This document shows positions 1-8,696 of a DNA stretch of 26,789 bases, in pieces; position 1 is the first letter of the stretch, and every line of letters begins with the position of its first letter. The notes below the pieces were generated by a model, which saw nothing but the letters and a program-made list of their open reading frames with translations, had not been told where the DNA came from and ran no database searches. A program made the position numbers and the translations under genes. Source of the DNA: an uncultured Gammaproteobacteria bacterium (lineage in GTDB: Bacteria > Patescibacteriota > Microgenomatia > Daviesbacterales > UBA10151); assembly GCA_964399555.1 (NCBI GenBank), contig CAYNRM010000002.1, positions 4,071 through 30,859 of the forward strand, written 5' to 3'.

Positions 1-5
1 AACTT

Positions 6-461
6 ATGTATCCGGTAGAGTGGGCAGTAGCTGGAGGTTTTCTAATTTGGCTTTCGGTTCTAACATTTTTAATCTTAAAGCAACGAAACTTTGTTAAAGA
101 ATTATTTCCAAAAGACGGCAGTCGGGAGATCAGAAATAAGTTTAACGAGGTAATTGAAGCTATATCAGTATTTGAAAAAAATAATCAAATACTGGAGAAT
201 AGATTAATAGGGTTTAAAAAAGACAGCCTGGATTATATTAGTAAGTTCTCGGTTTTAAAATATAATCCATATAATGATACCGGCGGGGATCAGAGTTTCT
301 CTTTGGTATTGTTGGATGGTAAGATGGATGGAGTATTGATTACGAGTCTTCATTCAAGAGCCGGAACCCGTACATATTTAAAAAGTATAAAAAAGGGCTT
401 AAGCGAACTGGAGTTATCCAAAGAGGAAACAACAGTTCTAAAAAAAGCCATTGATGATTAA
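6..461 (+). CDS. DUF4446 family membrane-anchored protein
   Basis: N-terminal TM helix and coiled region, then YNPY..GGDQSFSLVLLD..GVLITSLHSRAGTRTYLK, which matches the DUF4446 pattern as I recall it. Confidence 0.75.
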   Translation: MYPVEWAVAGGFLIWLSVLTFLILKQRNFVKELFPKDGSREIRNKFNEVIEAISVFEKNNQILENRLIGFKKDSLDYISKFSVLKYNPYNDTGGDQSFSLVLLDGKMDGVLITSLHSRAGTRTYLKSIKKGLSELELSKEETTVLKKAIDD

Positions 462-465
462 AATA

Positions 466-1662
466 ATGAGAACATTTTTCGAAAATTTAACTAAAGCCCA
501 AAAAGTACTAGTCCTCGTGATCATGGCTGTCGTCTTATACACAGTCTCCGCCGGAGTCTCTTTCTCTCTGTTTGCAAATTCTGCGGTTCCTAAAGCATTA
601 GACGGCTCCAGTCTCCAGACTGCCCTACCTGGCGCCGGAGGAGAGCAGGAAGATCCAGGTCTTCCAAGAACTGAAGCCTGTCCTCTTAACGGTAATCTCC
701 ACACCAAACCCGCTAAAGAAGCCTGGGATAAAAGACGTCCTTTGGCTGTCATGATAGAAAACCATCAGGAATCCCGCCCTCAATCAGGACTTTCCTCAGC
801 AGACGTAGTTTATGAAACAGTAGCCGAAGGCGGAATCACCCGCTTTATGGGCATGTATCTTTGCTCCTTTGGTGATATTCAACTTGGCCCAGTCCGTTCC
901 GCTAGAACCTATTTCTTAGATTGGCTCTCTGAGTACGATCCTCTTTATGCTCACGTTGGTGGTGCTAATACTCCAGGACCGGCTAATGCCTTAGGTCAAA
1001 TCATTGATTACAAAATCAAAGATTTAAATCAGTTCGGTATCGGTTACCCAACTTTTTGGAGAGACTACCAAAGACTAGGCCGCCCGGTAGCCACCGAGCA
1101 CACCATGTACACCACCACTAAAAAACTCTGGGATATAGGCGAGAAAAAGGGTTGGGGTGTGGCCGATGCCTTGGGAGTCAGATGGGATAAAAACTTTGTA
1201 CCATGGAAATTCTTAAAATCGGACGAAGCAGTTAACATTGGTGCGGCCGCTACGAAAATGACAGTTAATTTCTGGGAATCCCAAAAAGATTATCAGGTCG
1301 AGTGGAATTTTGACCAGGCAAGTAATTCTTATAAAAGAAAGAATGCTGGCTCAGACCATGTTGATTTGAATACCAAACAGCAACTCTCGCCAAAAACAGT
1401 CATTGTTCAATACATGAAAGAGTCAAGGGCCAATGATGGCTACGAAGGGAACGCCCATTTGCTCTACGCCAACAAAGGTCCTCAAGCTCCAACTGGCAAA
1501 GCTCTGATATTTATGAACGGAAAAGTCGTAAAAGGGAGCTGGAATAAAGCTAATCGCTTAGCTCGCGAAACCTTTAAGGACGAAGCCGGTAAAGAAATCT
1601 CATTCGTCCCAGGCCAAATCTGGATCCAAACTGTCCCTGAGGGTAGTTCCGTCACATATTAG
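466..1662 (+). CDS. DUF3048 family membrane-anchored extracytoplasmic protein
   Basis: N-terminal TM, then RPLAVMIEN..SRPQSGLSSADVVYETVAEGGITRF and GPVRSAR, characteristic of DUF3048. The start could be 454 or 466; the ORF track uses TTG at 451. Confidence 0.85.
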   Translation: MRTFFENLTKAQKVLVLVIMAVVLYTVSAGVSFSLFANSAVPKALDGSSLQTALPGAGGEQEDPGLPRTEACPLNGNLHTKPAKEAWDKRRPLAVMIENHQESRPQSGLSSADVVYETVAEGGITRFMGMYLCSFGDIQLGPVRSARTYFLDWLSEYDPLYAHVGGANTPGPANALGQIIDYKIKDLNQFGIGYPTFWRDYQRLGRPVATEHTMYTTTKKLWDIGEKKGWGVADALGVRWDKNFVPWKFLKSDEAVNIGAAATKMTVNFWESQKDYQVEWNFDQASNSYKRKNAGSDHVDLNTKQQLSPKTVIVQYMKESRANDGYEGNAHLLYANKGPQAPTGKALIFMNGKVVKGSWNKANRLARETFKDEAGKEISFVPGQIWIQTVPEGSSVTY

Positions 1663-1713
1663 TTACAAACTCTCCTGCCTTACCTGTGAGCCATTTTTGT
1701 CCCAGCTGATGTA

Positions 1714-1744
1714 TTTACAAGAATGAGCAATTTTGGTATACAAT
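1714..1744 (+). promoter_or_regulatory. Putative sigma70-type promoter
   Basis: TTTACA at 1714-1719 and TGgTATACAAT at 1734-1744, upstream of ATG 1768. Confidence 0.45.
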
Positions 1745-1767
1745 TATCGTAGTTAGGGTAATAAACT

Positions 1768-2352
1768 ATGGAAGAATTATTTGTCTCAAAAGTCCGGGTA
1801 AAAATACTTCAGTTATTTTTGACAAGCAAAGATGATCTGATGCACGTCCGGGATATGGTTCGCCGTGTCGACGAAGAGATAAATGCCGTTCGTCGCGAAC
1901 TAGCCCGGATGGAAAAATTCGGTATGGTCTCCTCCGAGTGGCGGGCTAATAGGAGGTATTATAAATTCCGCAAAGATTATCGGTTCTATCCTGAGTTACT
2001 CGCTTTCGTAATTAAATCAACCGGACTCGGTGGGGGAATTATTAAAAATAAAGCTTCCTTAGGGAAAATTAAATATGCCATAATGGCAGTTAGATTCGCT
2101 CAAAACAGTGATTCGGGTCCTGAAGATGTTGATCTATTAGTTGTCGGGCAAATTGTTCTCCCCAGTCTCCAGTCGTTGGTTGCAGATGAACAATCCAAAA
2201 GAGAGAAAGAAATCAACTATTCCTACATGGACGAAGCCGAGTTTAATTTTCGCGTTAAAAGACGCGACCCTTTCATCTTGGGAATCTTAACCCAGCCTAG
2301 AATTATGCTAATTGGCGATGAAACACAACTAATGGATAATGTGATTGTCTAA
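1768..2352 (+). CDS. Winged-helix DNA-binding domain fused to a degenerate minimal nucleotidyltransferase-like domain
   Basis: The N-terminus (RVKILQLFL..HVRDMVRRVDEEINAVRRELARMEKFGMVSS..RRYY) is wHTH-like. The C-terminus has DVDLLVVG (NTase DxD strand) but lacks the usual GS motif. Confidence 0.65.
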   Translation: MEELFVSKVRVKILQLFLTSKDDLMHVRDMVRRVDEEINAVRRELARMEKFGMVSSEWRANRRYYKFRKDYRFYPELLAFVIKSTGLGGGIIKNKASLGKIKYAIMAVRFAQNSDSGPEDVDLLVVGQIVLPSLQSLVADEQSKREKEINYSYMDEAEFNFRVKRRDPFILGILTQPRIMLIGDETQLMDNVIV

Positions 2353-2377
2353 TCATTTCCCAATATTTAAAAAACAT

Positions 2378-3688
2378 ATGAGAGTAAGATTTTGGTTGAT
2401 TCTAATATTAATACTTCTTTCGGTTTACGCCATCGCCCCCCAAATTAACTTACCTCAATCAATAAAAATTCCATATTTTAATAGTGAAATAAAATCACTA
2501 GCAGGAAACTTCCCTCTAAGATTAGGCTTGGACTTACAAGGAGGCACCCAGTTAGTTCTCCAAACCAAAATGGACAACATTCCCTCTGAAAATCGTGACA
2601 ATGCTTTAGAGTCCGCCAAAGAAGTTATTGAACGCCGAGTTAACCTGTTCGGCGTTTCAGAAGCAATAGTCCAAACCTCAAAACTTGGCGACAACAGAAG
2701 AATATTAGTCGATCTGCCCGGAGTTAAAGACGCCTCGCAAGCCGCGAGCTTAGTAGGCAAAACTGCCCAATTGGAGTTTAGGGAGTTGATAGCTAGCGAA
2801 TCTGCAGAAGCTTCCGGTTCTGCCGGTATGACAGACGCTCCAACTGGTTTAACCGGCGCCGATCTGAAAAGCTCACAAGTCGTTTTCTCTCAAGGCGGCA
2901 ACACCTCAGGCGGCGCTCAGGTCCAAATAGAATTTAACCCCGAAGGCGCCACAAAATTCGCCGATATAACAAGAAGAAACATCGGTAAACCGCTGGCAAT
3001 TTTTCTGGACGATCAATATGTTTCCGCCCCCACAGTCCAGCAAGAAATCTTAGGCGGTAGTGCAGTAATTTCCGGCGACTTCACAACAGAAGACGCTAAA
3101 GCTCTATCAATCCAATTAAATGCCGGCGCCCTTCCCGTCCCAATCGAAATAATAGAGCAAAGAATAATCGGCCCTTCGCTCGGTGCTGAATCAGTTAAAG
3201 CCAGCATTATCGCCGGAGCAATTGGTTTAATAACCGTTATGATCTATATGGCTGCCTACTACGGTTTCTGGGGAATAATTGCCGATATTGCACTGCTTAT
3301 CTACACCTTGTTCGTTCTGGCAATTTTCAAAACCGGCCTCTTCCTTATCCCGCCAATTACCTTAACCTTGCCTGGCATAGCGGGATTTATTCTTTCCATA
3401 GGCATGGCAGTAGACGCTAACATCCTAATTTTTGAAAGGATGAAAGAAGAACTCAGTTGGGGTAAGTCCAGACGGCAAGCTCTAGAGCTGGGATTTGTTA
3501 GAGCCTGGTCTTCGATTAGAGACTCAAACATCTCCTCGTTACTTACTGCAGCAATCCTTTATTCCATAGGAACAGGATTAGTTAAAGGCTTTGCTGTAAC
3601 TCTGGCAATTGGAGTTCTTATTTCTATGTTCACAGCAATTGTAGTTACCAAAACAATACTGAAAATGGTAATACGAAATAAGCGATAA
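2378..3688 (+). CDS. secD: Protein translocase subunit SecD
   Basis: LRLGLDLQGG, IERRVNLFGVSE, IGPSLGAESV, AGFILSIGMAVDANILIFER, IRDSN, VKGFAVTL. ATG 2378 is preferred over TTG 2345. Confidence 0.97.
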   Translation: MRVRFWLILILILLSVYAIAPQINLPQSIKIPYFNSEIKSLAGNFPLRLGLDLQGGTQLVLQTKMDNIPSENRDNALESAKEVIERRVNLFGVSEAIVQTSKLGDNRRILVDLPGVKDASQAASLVGKTAQLEFRELIASESAEASGSAGMTDAPTGLTGADLKSSQVVFSQGGNTSGGAQVQIEFNPEGATKFADITRRNIGKPLAIFLDDQYVSAPTVQQEILGGSAVISGDFTTEDAKALSIQLNAGALPVPIEIIEQRIIGPSLGAESVKASIIAGAIGLITVMIYMAAYYGFWGIIADIALLIYTLFVLAIFKTGLFLIPPITLTLPGIAGFILSIGMAVDANILIFERMKEELSWGKSRRQALELGFVRAWSSIRDSNISSLLTAAILYSIGTGLVKGFAVTLAIGVLISMFTAIVVTKTILKMVIRNKR

Positions 3689-3735
3689 GTGATACGCAAA
3701 TTTAAACGTATCTCTCGTCTCGAATCGCGTATCTC
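3667..3735. repeat. Degenerate 7-nt-periodic inverted repeat at the secD 3' end and intergenic region
   Basis: Heptads ggtaata/cgaaata/agcgata/agtgata/cgcaaat are followed by cgtatct/ctcgtct/cgaatcg/cgtatct. gatacg(c) at 3691 can pair with cgtatc at 3707 or gcgtatc at 3727. Confidence 0.35.
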
Positions 3736-3744
3736 AAAACAAAC

Positions 3745-4626
3745 ATGAATAAATTTACCTCAAAGAATCCTAAATTCGAACATTTAAGAAAAAAGTGGAT
3801 CGCCCGTCACGCTGAAACTTCCCAAAATCTAATCGACAAACACGCCCGTCACATCGCAGCAACTTCTCTGGGGGGTCTAATGCTCCTATCAACTCCTGGA
3901 TTGGCAATGTCCACACTGCCCGCCGAAATTGCCCCAATCGAACAAACTAAGATCTCAGCCTCCTCAAGTAACAATGCTTTACTGGCCTCGGAGCTTATAG
4001 ACAAGTTACCAAATCAAGTCGAAAAGTTAAACTCCTCTCAGGATGATGCAATTGCCGCTCTAATAAAAAAAGATTTAAACATTGAAGTTAAAGCAGAAAT
4101 TGATAACAAAAGATTAAATCGAACTTACGGTGTTATTGGTGGTGAACAACATCTCTATAGATACCCTGGTGACACCGTCCACAATCATGCCAGGGATGCC
4201 CAGGATTGGGCTATGTATGGAGGATCGGGAATTGCCCCAGGTCTCGGCGCTTACGGTTATTTCACACCCTCTAAAGAATCAATGACTGAAGAAATCGAAA
4301 TGCGGGAAAGATACTATCTAGCCGTCCAAACTTTCCTTTCACCGGGTTTCTCAGAAAGAGTTGGCGAATATCGCGATTTCTACCGCTTTAGAAAAATGCT
4401 GGTAGTCAATCCTAAAACCGGTCAGGCTGTCGTCGCTGTGATAGGGGATGCTGGACCCGCCCAATGGACTGGCAAGCACTTAGGTGGCAGTCCCGAAGTA
4501 ATGCACGAATTAGGTTACGCCGGAGGCCCCAGAAAAGGCCCAGTGTTATACTACTTTGTTGACGATCCTGAAAATAAAGTACCTTTAGGTCCAATAAAGT
4601 TAATAGAGAAGTTAGCGGAATCATAA
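3745..4626 (+). CDS. Membrane-anchored or exported protein with a C-terminal RlpA-like double-psi beta-barrel
   Basis: Hydrophobic segment IAATSLGGLMLLSTPGLAMS. The C-terminal MLVVNPKTGQAVVAVIGDAGP..GGSPEVMHELG resembles the RlpA DPBB pattern VxN..NG+SVVV+InDRGP..DLS..AA..LG. Confidence 0.55.
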   Translation: MNKFTSKNPKFEHLRKKWIARHAETSQNLIDKHARHIAATSLGGLMLLSTPGLAMSTLPAEIAPIEQTKISASSSNNALLASELIDKLPNQVEKLNSSQDDAIAALIKKDLNIEVKAEIDNKRLNRTYGVIGGEQHLYRYPGDTVHNHARDAQDWAMYGGSGIAPGLGAYGYFTPSKESMTEEIEMRERYYLAVQTFLSPGFSERVGEYRDFYRFRKMLVVNPKTGQAVVAVIGDAGPAQWTGKHLGGSPEVMHELGYAGGPRKGPVLYYFVDDPENKVPLGPIKLIEKLAES

Positions 4627-4629
4627 ATT

Positions 4630-4956
4630 ATGAAATTTTACAGTCACTTAGTTGAAATAGAATCACTAACCATTGAACTCGATTCAATAAATTTCCAAGA
4701 TCATGAAAAACATGAACTGGCTCATTTGATAGACTCAAATATTCATAATGTCGTAATGGACGCCATACTCTCAAAATTATCAGAAACCGATAAGAGAAAA
4801 TTTGCCGAGATTGCGCTTTCCGATGATCACAATAAAATTTGGGATTTCTTAAATGACAAAAGTGAAGATCTCGAAAGCGACATCAAAAAAGCAGCTATTG
4901 AATTTAAGAAAAAATTACATGAAGACCTAAAGGAGGCTAGAATAAAGCATGCTTAA
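4630..4956 (+). CDS. Small helical acidic hypothetical protein (DUF5663-like appearance)
   Basis: 108-aa ORF packed between neighbours (3-nt gap upstream, overlaps the secF start), amphipathic helical pattern MDAILSKLSETDKRKF. The family assignment is tentative. Confidence 0.6.
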   Translation: MKFYSHLVEIESLTIELDSINFQDHEKHELAHLIDSNIHNVVMDAILSKLSETDKRKFAEIALSDDHNKIWDFLNDKSEDLESDIKKAAIEFKKKLHEDLKEARIKHA

Positions 4957-5812
4957 ATTAATGAAATACAAACTCTGGTTCTTTATAACCTCGACTTTAA
5001 TTATTATTCCTGGGTTAATATTTATCTTTCTGGGAGGTTTGAAATTCGGCATAGATTTCACAGGCGGAGCGTTACTCGAATACAAATTCGAAAAAGTTAT
5101 CAACCCTGAAGAGCTAAAAAGTTTTGGAACTGTTGTGGCTTCAAACGAAAACACCTATATCCTCCGAACCCCAGCGGTTTCTCATGATGATCTCCAAACT
5201 TTAAAAACTCAAATCAAAGATAAATTCGGTAACTTCGAAGTCCGCCGGGAAGAAAATGTCGGACCAACGATCGGTAAAGAATTAGAGCAAAAAGCCTTGA
5301 TCGCGCTTGTTGTCTCCTGGGTAACCATAATCTTATACATAACCTTCGCGTTTAGAAAAGTTCCTAAACCAGCCTCTTCATTTAGATTCGGAGTCTCAGC
5401 TATAGTCGCTTTAATCCACGATGTTCTGCTTTTAGTTGGAGTTTTCGCGATACTCGGATATTTCTGGCACGTCGAAATTGATACTCTTTTCGTCACTGCC
5501 CTCCTCACAGTTGTCGGTTTTTCAGTTCATGACACCATCGTAGTTTTTGACAGAATTAGAGAAAACCTGCCAAAGAATCTAGGCAAAAAATTCGAAACAG
5601 TAGTTGATATCTCAATCTCCCAAACTCTAGCCCGCTCATTAAACACTTCTCTCACCGTCATCTTCGTTCTAACCGCTCTTTTATTATTCGGTGGAGTCAC
5701 AATAAAATGGTTCGTCGTCGCCTTACTTATAGGAATCACCTCAGGAACTTATTCCTCGATCTTTAACGCCGCCGCGCTACTTACTTGGTGGGAAGAAAAA
5801 TTAGGTCACTAA
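4949..5812 (+). CDS. secF: Protein translocase subunit SecF
   Basis: GLKFGIDFTGG, ENVGPTIGKEL, ALIHDVLL, VGFSVHDTIVVFDRIREN, QTLARSLNTS, GTYSSIF. Confidence 0.98.
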   Translation: MLKLMKYKLWFFITSTLIIIPGLIFIFLGGLKFGIDFTGGALLEYKFEKVINPEELKSFGTVVASNENTYILRTPAVSHDDLQTLKTQIKDKFGNFEVRREENVGPTIGKELEQKALIALVVSWVTIILYITFAFRKVPKPASSFRFGVSAIVALIHDVLLLVGVFAILGYFWHVEIDTLFVTALLTVVGFSVHDTIVVFDRIRENLPKNLGKKFETVVDISISQTLARSLNTSLTVIFVLTALLLFGGVTIKWFVVALLIGITSGTYSSIFNAAALLTWWEEKLGH

Positions 5813-6129
5813 TTCTCAGGTGTGCTTGTGTCTGTCGCCTCAGAAGAATCCATAATGTTTAATAAATCATCTGGGTCAACTTCCTCACCAGCACTCGTAG
5901 CCGCCTGGCTATATCGATCCTTTAAAACATCCATCACATTAATTATGCCGTCCTGATAAACATCCATACTGGTGTTAAATTCACTATCCTGCACCGAAGA
6001 ATGGAAAAAGTTACTAAAATCAGAAACTTCATATCCAAAAGACTGCATCAGAGTCGATTTCTGAACTATAAAAACAGTGGTGGCAATACCTAAAACGAGT
6101 ACTATGACGAGGGCAACGCTTTTAATCAT
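5809..6129 (-). CDS. Small membrane-anchored protein with dockerin/EF-hand-like repeats
   Basis: N-terminal TM helix. DVYQDGIINVMD resembles a dockerin Ca-binding loop (DxNxDGxINxxD), and a second degenerate copy EVDPDDLLNIMD follows. Confidence 0.55.
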   Translation of the reverse strand: MIKSVALVIVLVLGIATTVFIVQKSTLMQSFGYEVSDFSNFFHSSVQDSEFNTSMDVYQDGIINVMDVLKDRYSQAATSAGEEVDPDDLLNIMDSSEATDTSTPEN

Positions 6130-6161
6130 AAAATGCTGAATAAATTATAGCCGACTTCCGG

Positions 6162-6962
6162 CTATTTGTCCTTCTTAAAAAAATTATTATCAAATGCAAT
6201 TTTATATAAAGCGTAATAAGAGGGTGCGAATAATAGGAACAGAATTAACCAAACAGTGAGTGGTAGTGGCTCATTAGCATAACTACTTAGATATTCAGAT
6301 CTTGGAAATAACTGTCTAAAACCTTCAAAAGAATAAAGTAGCTCAAAAATTATTGAACTAACACATACCATAAAAAAGAACTGCCAAAAACGAGAAGGTA
6401 GCAGAGCTCTCTTATATAGGAATACATACATCGAAAGTATCGAAGGTGGTATCGTTAAAACTGAAAAGTAATCGTAAGGAGTCCACAACACTATCTCGTA
6501 AAGCATAGAAAAAAATAAACATCCCAGCAGTAATGTAAAAACAAAAAAATAAATCTTCCAGTAATTTAATTTAATAAGACTACTAAATTTAAAGCTTGTA
6601 AAAGTCTTAACCACAGGATAAATCACAAAAAGTGGTAAGCACATAAAGAATAAATCGATAAGCGATAAAGGCATCTCCTCATTAAGTTTTTGAAAATTAA
6701 AACTTATAAATACTACAAGATAAAAAATACTAAAACCCAAAGACAATAAATAACCTCCAATTATGATACTTTTTTTCCACAAAGAGACTTTGAATCTTCT
6801 GCCACCGATATAAGAGTACAAGGAATAAATTGCCAGAACATCAGCAAGAAGCATAACAATACTTATGAAATCCGCAATTGATTCAGGCGCAATAAAGACA
6901 GCAAAAACTTTTATCGCAAAAGAAATAATATAAATAGTTAACACCCATCTCCATATCCTCAT
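6162..6962 (-). CDS. Polytopic membrane protein of unknown function (about 8 TM)
   Basis: Long hydrophobic ORF. The start is placed at ATG 6962 (MRIWRW) because the ORF-track start at 7109 lies inside the opposite-strand ABC gene. Confidence 0.7.
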   Translation of the reverse strand: MRIWRWVLTIYIISFAIKVFAVFIAPESIADFISIVMLLADVLAIYSLYSYIGGRRFKVSLWKKSIIIGGYLLSLGFSIFYLVVFISFNFQKLNEEMPLSLIDLFFMCLPLFVIYPVVKTFTSFKFSSLIKLNYWKIYFFVFTLLLGCLFFSMLYEIVLWTPYDYFSVLTIPPSILSMYVFLYKRALLPSRFWQFFFMVCVSSIIFELLYSFEGFRQLFPRSEYLSSYANEPLPLTVWLILFLLFAPSYYALYKIAFDNNFFKKDK

Positions 6963-6984
6963 TTTTTTATCCGCGAAGTAATTA

Positions 6985-6990
6985 TATAAT
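6985..6990 (+). promoter_or_regulatory. -10 box for a probable leaderless transcript of the ABC ATPase
   Basis: TATAAT at 6985-6990, exactly 6 nt before ATG 6997, with no Shine-Dalgarno sequence. Confidence 0.55.
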
Positions 6991-6996
6991 GAATTA

Positions 6997-7917
6997 ATGG
7001 CTATTTTAAATGTCAAGAATCTAACAAAAAAATTTAAAGACTTTACAGCAGTTAACGATATTTCTTTCGAACTAAGAGAAGGAGAGATACTGGGTTTCCT
7101 CGGTCCCAATGGTGCTGGAAAAACAACGACTATTCAAATGCTACTAGGAATACTAACACCAACGTCAGGCTCCATCGAATATTTCGGTAAAGATCTGTTA
7201 AAACATCGTGAGGAGATTCTGGAGCAGGTTAACTTCTCAACCACTTACACCAACTTACCCTGGGTTTTGAAAGTTTCTGAATGTCTAACATTTATATCCT
7301 ACTTATATGATATAAAAAACAGAAAAGAACGGATCAAAGAACTAGTCGAAGTCTTCGACTTGGGCGGACTTTTAAATAAAAACATCAGCAGTTTGTCCTC
7401 TGGTCAAAACACCAGAGTAAATCTAGCCAAATCATTTATTAACAACCCGAAAGTACTACTTTTAGATGAACCGACTGCATCCTTAGATCCAGAAACTGCT
7501 GATATGGTGAGAAAGATTTTATTAAAAGAGCAGAAAGAGCATGGAATTTCAATAATTTTAACTTCCCACAACATGAATGAAGTAGAAACAGTCTGCAATC
7601 GTGTAATTTTCATAAATAACGGTACGATAGTCGCGAACGACACACCTCAGTCACTTGCTAAAACAATCAAAATCTCCCACATCGAATTAAGATTTGATGA
7701 GGGAATCAACCAGGCCATAGAGTTCTGTGAAATGCAAAAATTAATTAGTCGAAAAGACGGTAAATACCTGACAGTAGATATTAAGGAAGTAGATATCCCA
7801 AATTTCTTAAAAACTTTAATCGATAAAGAATTGTTCTACTCAGAAATAAGTATAGAAAAGCCCTCGCTTGAGGATTACTTTTTAGAAAATATAAAAATAG
7901 AAAGGAAGGAAGCATGA
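6997..7917 (+). CDS. ABC-2 type exporter ATP-binding subunit
   Basis: Walker A GPNGAGKTT, signature LSSGQ, Walker B LLLDEPT, H-loop TSH. Confidence 0.95.
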   Translation: MAILNVKNLTKKFKDFTAVNDISFELREGEILGFLGPNGAGKTTTIQMLLGILTPTSGSIEYFGKDLLKHREEILEQVNFSTTYTNLPWVLKVSECLTFISYLYDIKNRKERIKELVEVFDLGGLLNKNISSLSSGQNTRVNLAKSFINNPKVLLLDEPTASLDPETADMVRKILLKEQKEHGISIILTSHNMNEVETVCNRVIFINNGTIVANDTPQSLAKTIKISHIELRFDEGINQAIEFCEMQKLISRKDGKYLTVDIKEVDIPNFLKTLIDKELFYSEISIEKPSLEDYFLENIKIERKEA

Positions 7918-8696
7918 AATTTCACCGGATTTACGGTCTGATGCTGAGAAATTTCTATGCCTTTAGAAAGAATATGGACCGGTTAACTGACTCTTTTTAT
8001 TGGCCGACAATCGACTTAATTATGTGGGGTCTGACCAGTCAATTCTTCATGAATATGGGTGGAGGAAACAACGTTCTATTGATGGTCCTAAGCGGCCTGG
8101 TGATGTGGCTTATTCTGTGGAAAAGTCAGTATGAAATTTCAGTTAATCTATTGGATGAACTTTGGAATAAAAATCTAATCAATCTCTTTGTCTCGCCTGT
8201 TACTTTTACTGAGTGGTTAGTTTCTGCACTCATCTTGGGAATAATCAAAGTTATAGCCAGCTTCTCGTTTGCCTTAGGGATAGCTTACCTCTTATATAAA
8301 GTCAGGATATTTGATTACGGACTCCAATTCCTGCCCTACATGTTAGTGCTTTTATTAAGTGGTTGGACAGTCGGAATCTTTGTGACTGGCCTCATATTTA
8401 GATACGGTACAAAAATCCAGGCCTTTGCCTGGACAATGGTTTGGGTATTTGGCCCCTTTTCGGCGATCTATTTTCCTGTTTCGATTTTACCAATTTGGGC
8501 GCAGCAAATTTCAAAATTCATCCCCATGAGTTACGCCTTCGAAGGAATGAGAGGGGTAATATCAACAGGAATTATCGACTACCAAAAATTCTTCATAGGG
8601 GTGAGTCTGGCCTGTATATACTTATCACTGTCTTTGGTATTTCTATACAGAAGTTTTGCCAAAGTCATGCAAAAGGGGTTGTTAAAAGTAGAGTAG
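7914..8696 (+). CDS. ABC-2 type exporter permease
   Basis: About 6 TM segments, DELWNKNLINLFVSP, FSAIYFPVSILP..ISKFIPMSYAFEGMR. ATGA overlap with the ATPase and an aggagg SD. Confidence 0.92.
   Translation: MKFHRIYGLMLRNFYAFRKNMDRLTDSFYWPTIDLIMWGLTSQFFMNMGGGNNVLLMVLSGLVMWLILWKSQYEISVNLLDELWNKNLINLFVSPVTFTEWLVSALILGIIKVIASFSFALGIAYLLYKVRIFDYGLQFLPYMLVLLLSGWTVGIFVTGLIFRYGTKIQAFAWTMVWVFGPFSAIYFPVSILPIWAQQISKFIPMSYAFEGMRGVISTGIIDYQKFFIGVSLACIYLSLSLVFLYRSFAKVMQKGLLKVE

Noticed and set aside
438-5739. Short antisense ORFs in the track (438-752, 2455-2760, 3013-3207, 3301-3531, 4412-4624, 4927-5154, 5209-5508, 5527-5739)
   Set aside because: They lie antisense within well-supported genes and show no recognisable motifs; shadow ORFs.
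6963-7109. N-terminal extension of the membrane protein to 7109
   Set aside because: It overlaps the first 113 nt of the ABC ATPase on the other strand; ATG 6962 is more plausible.
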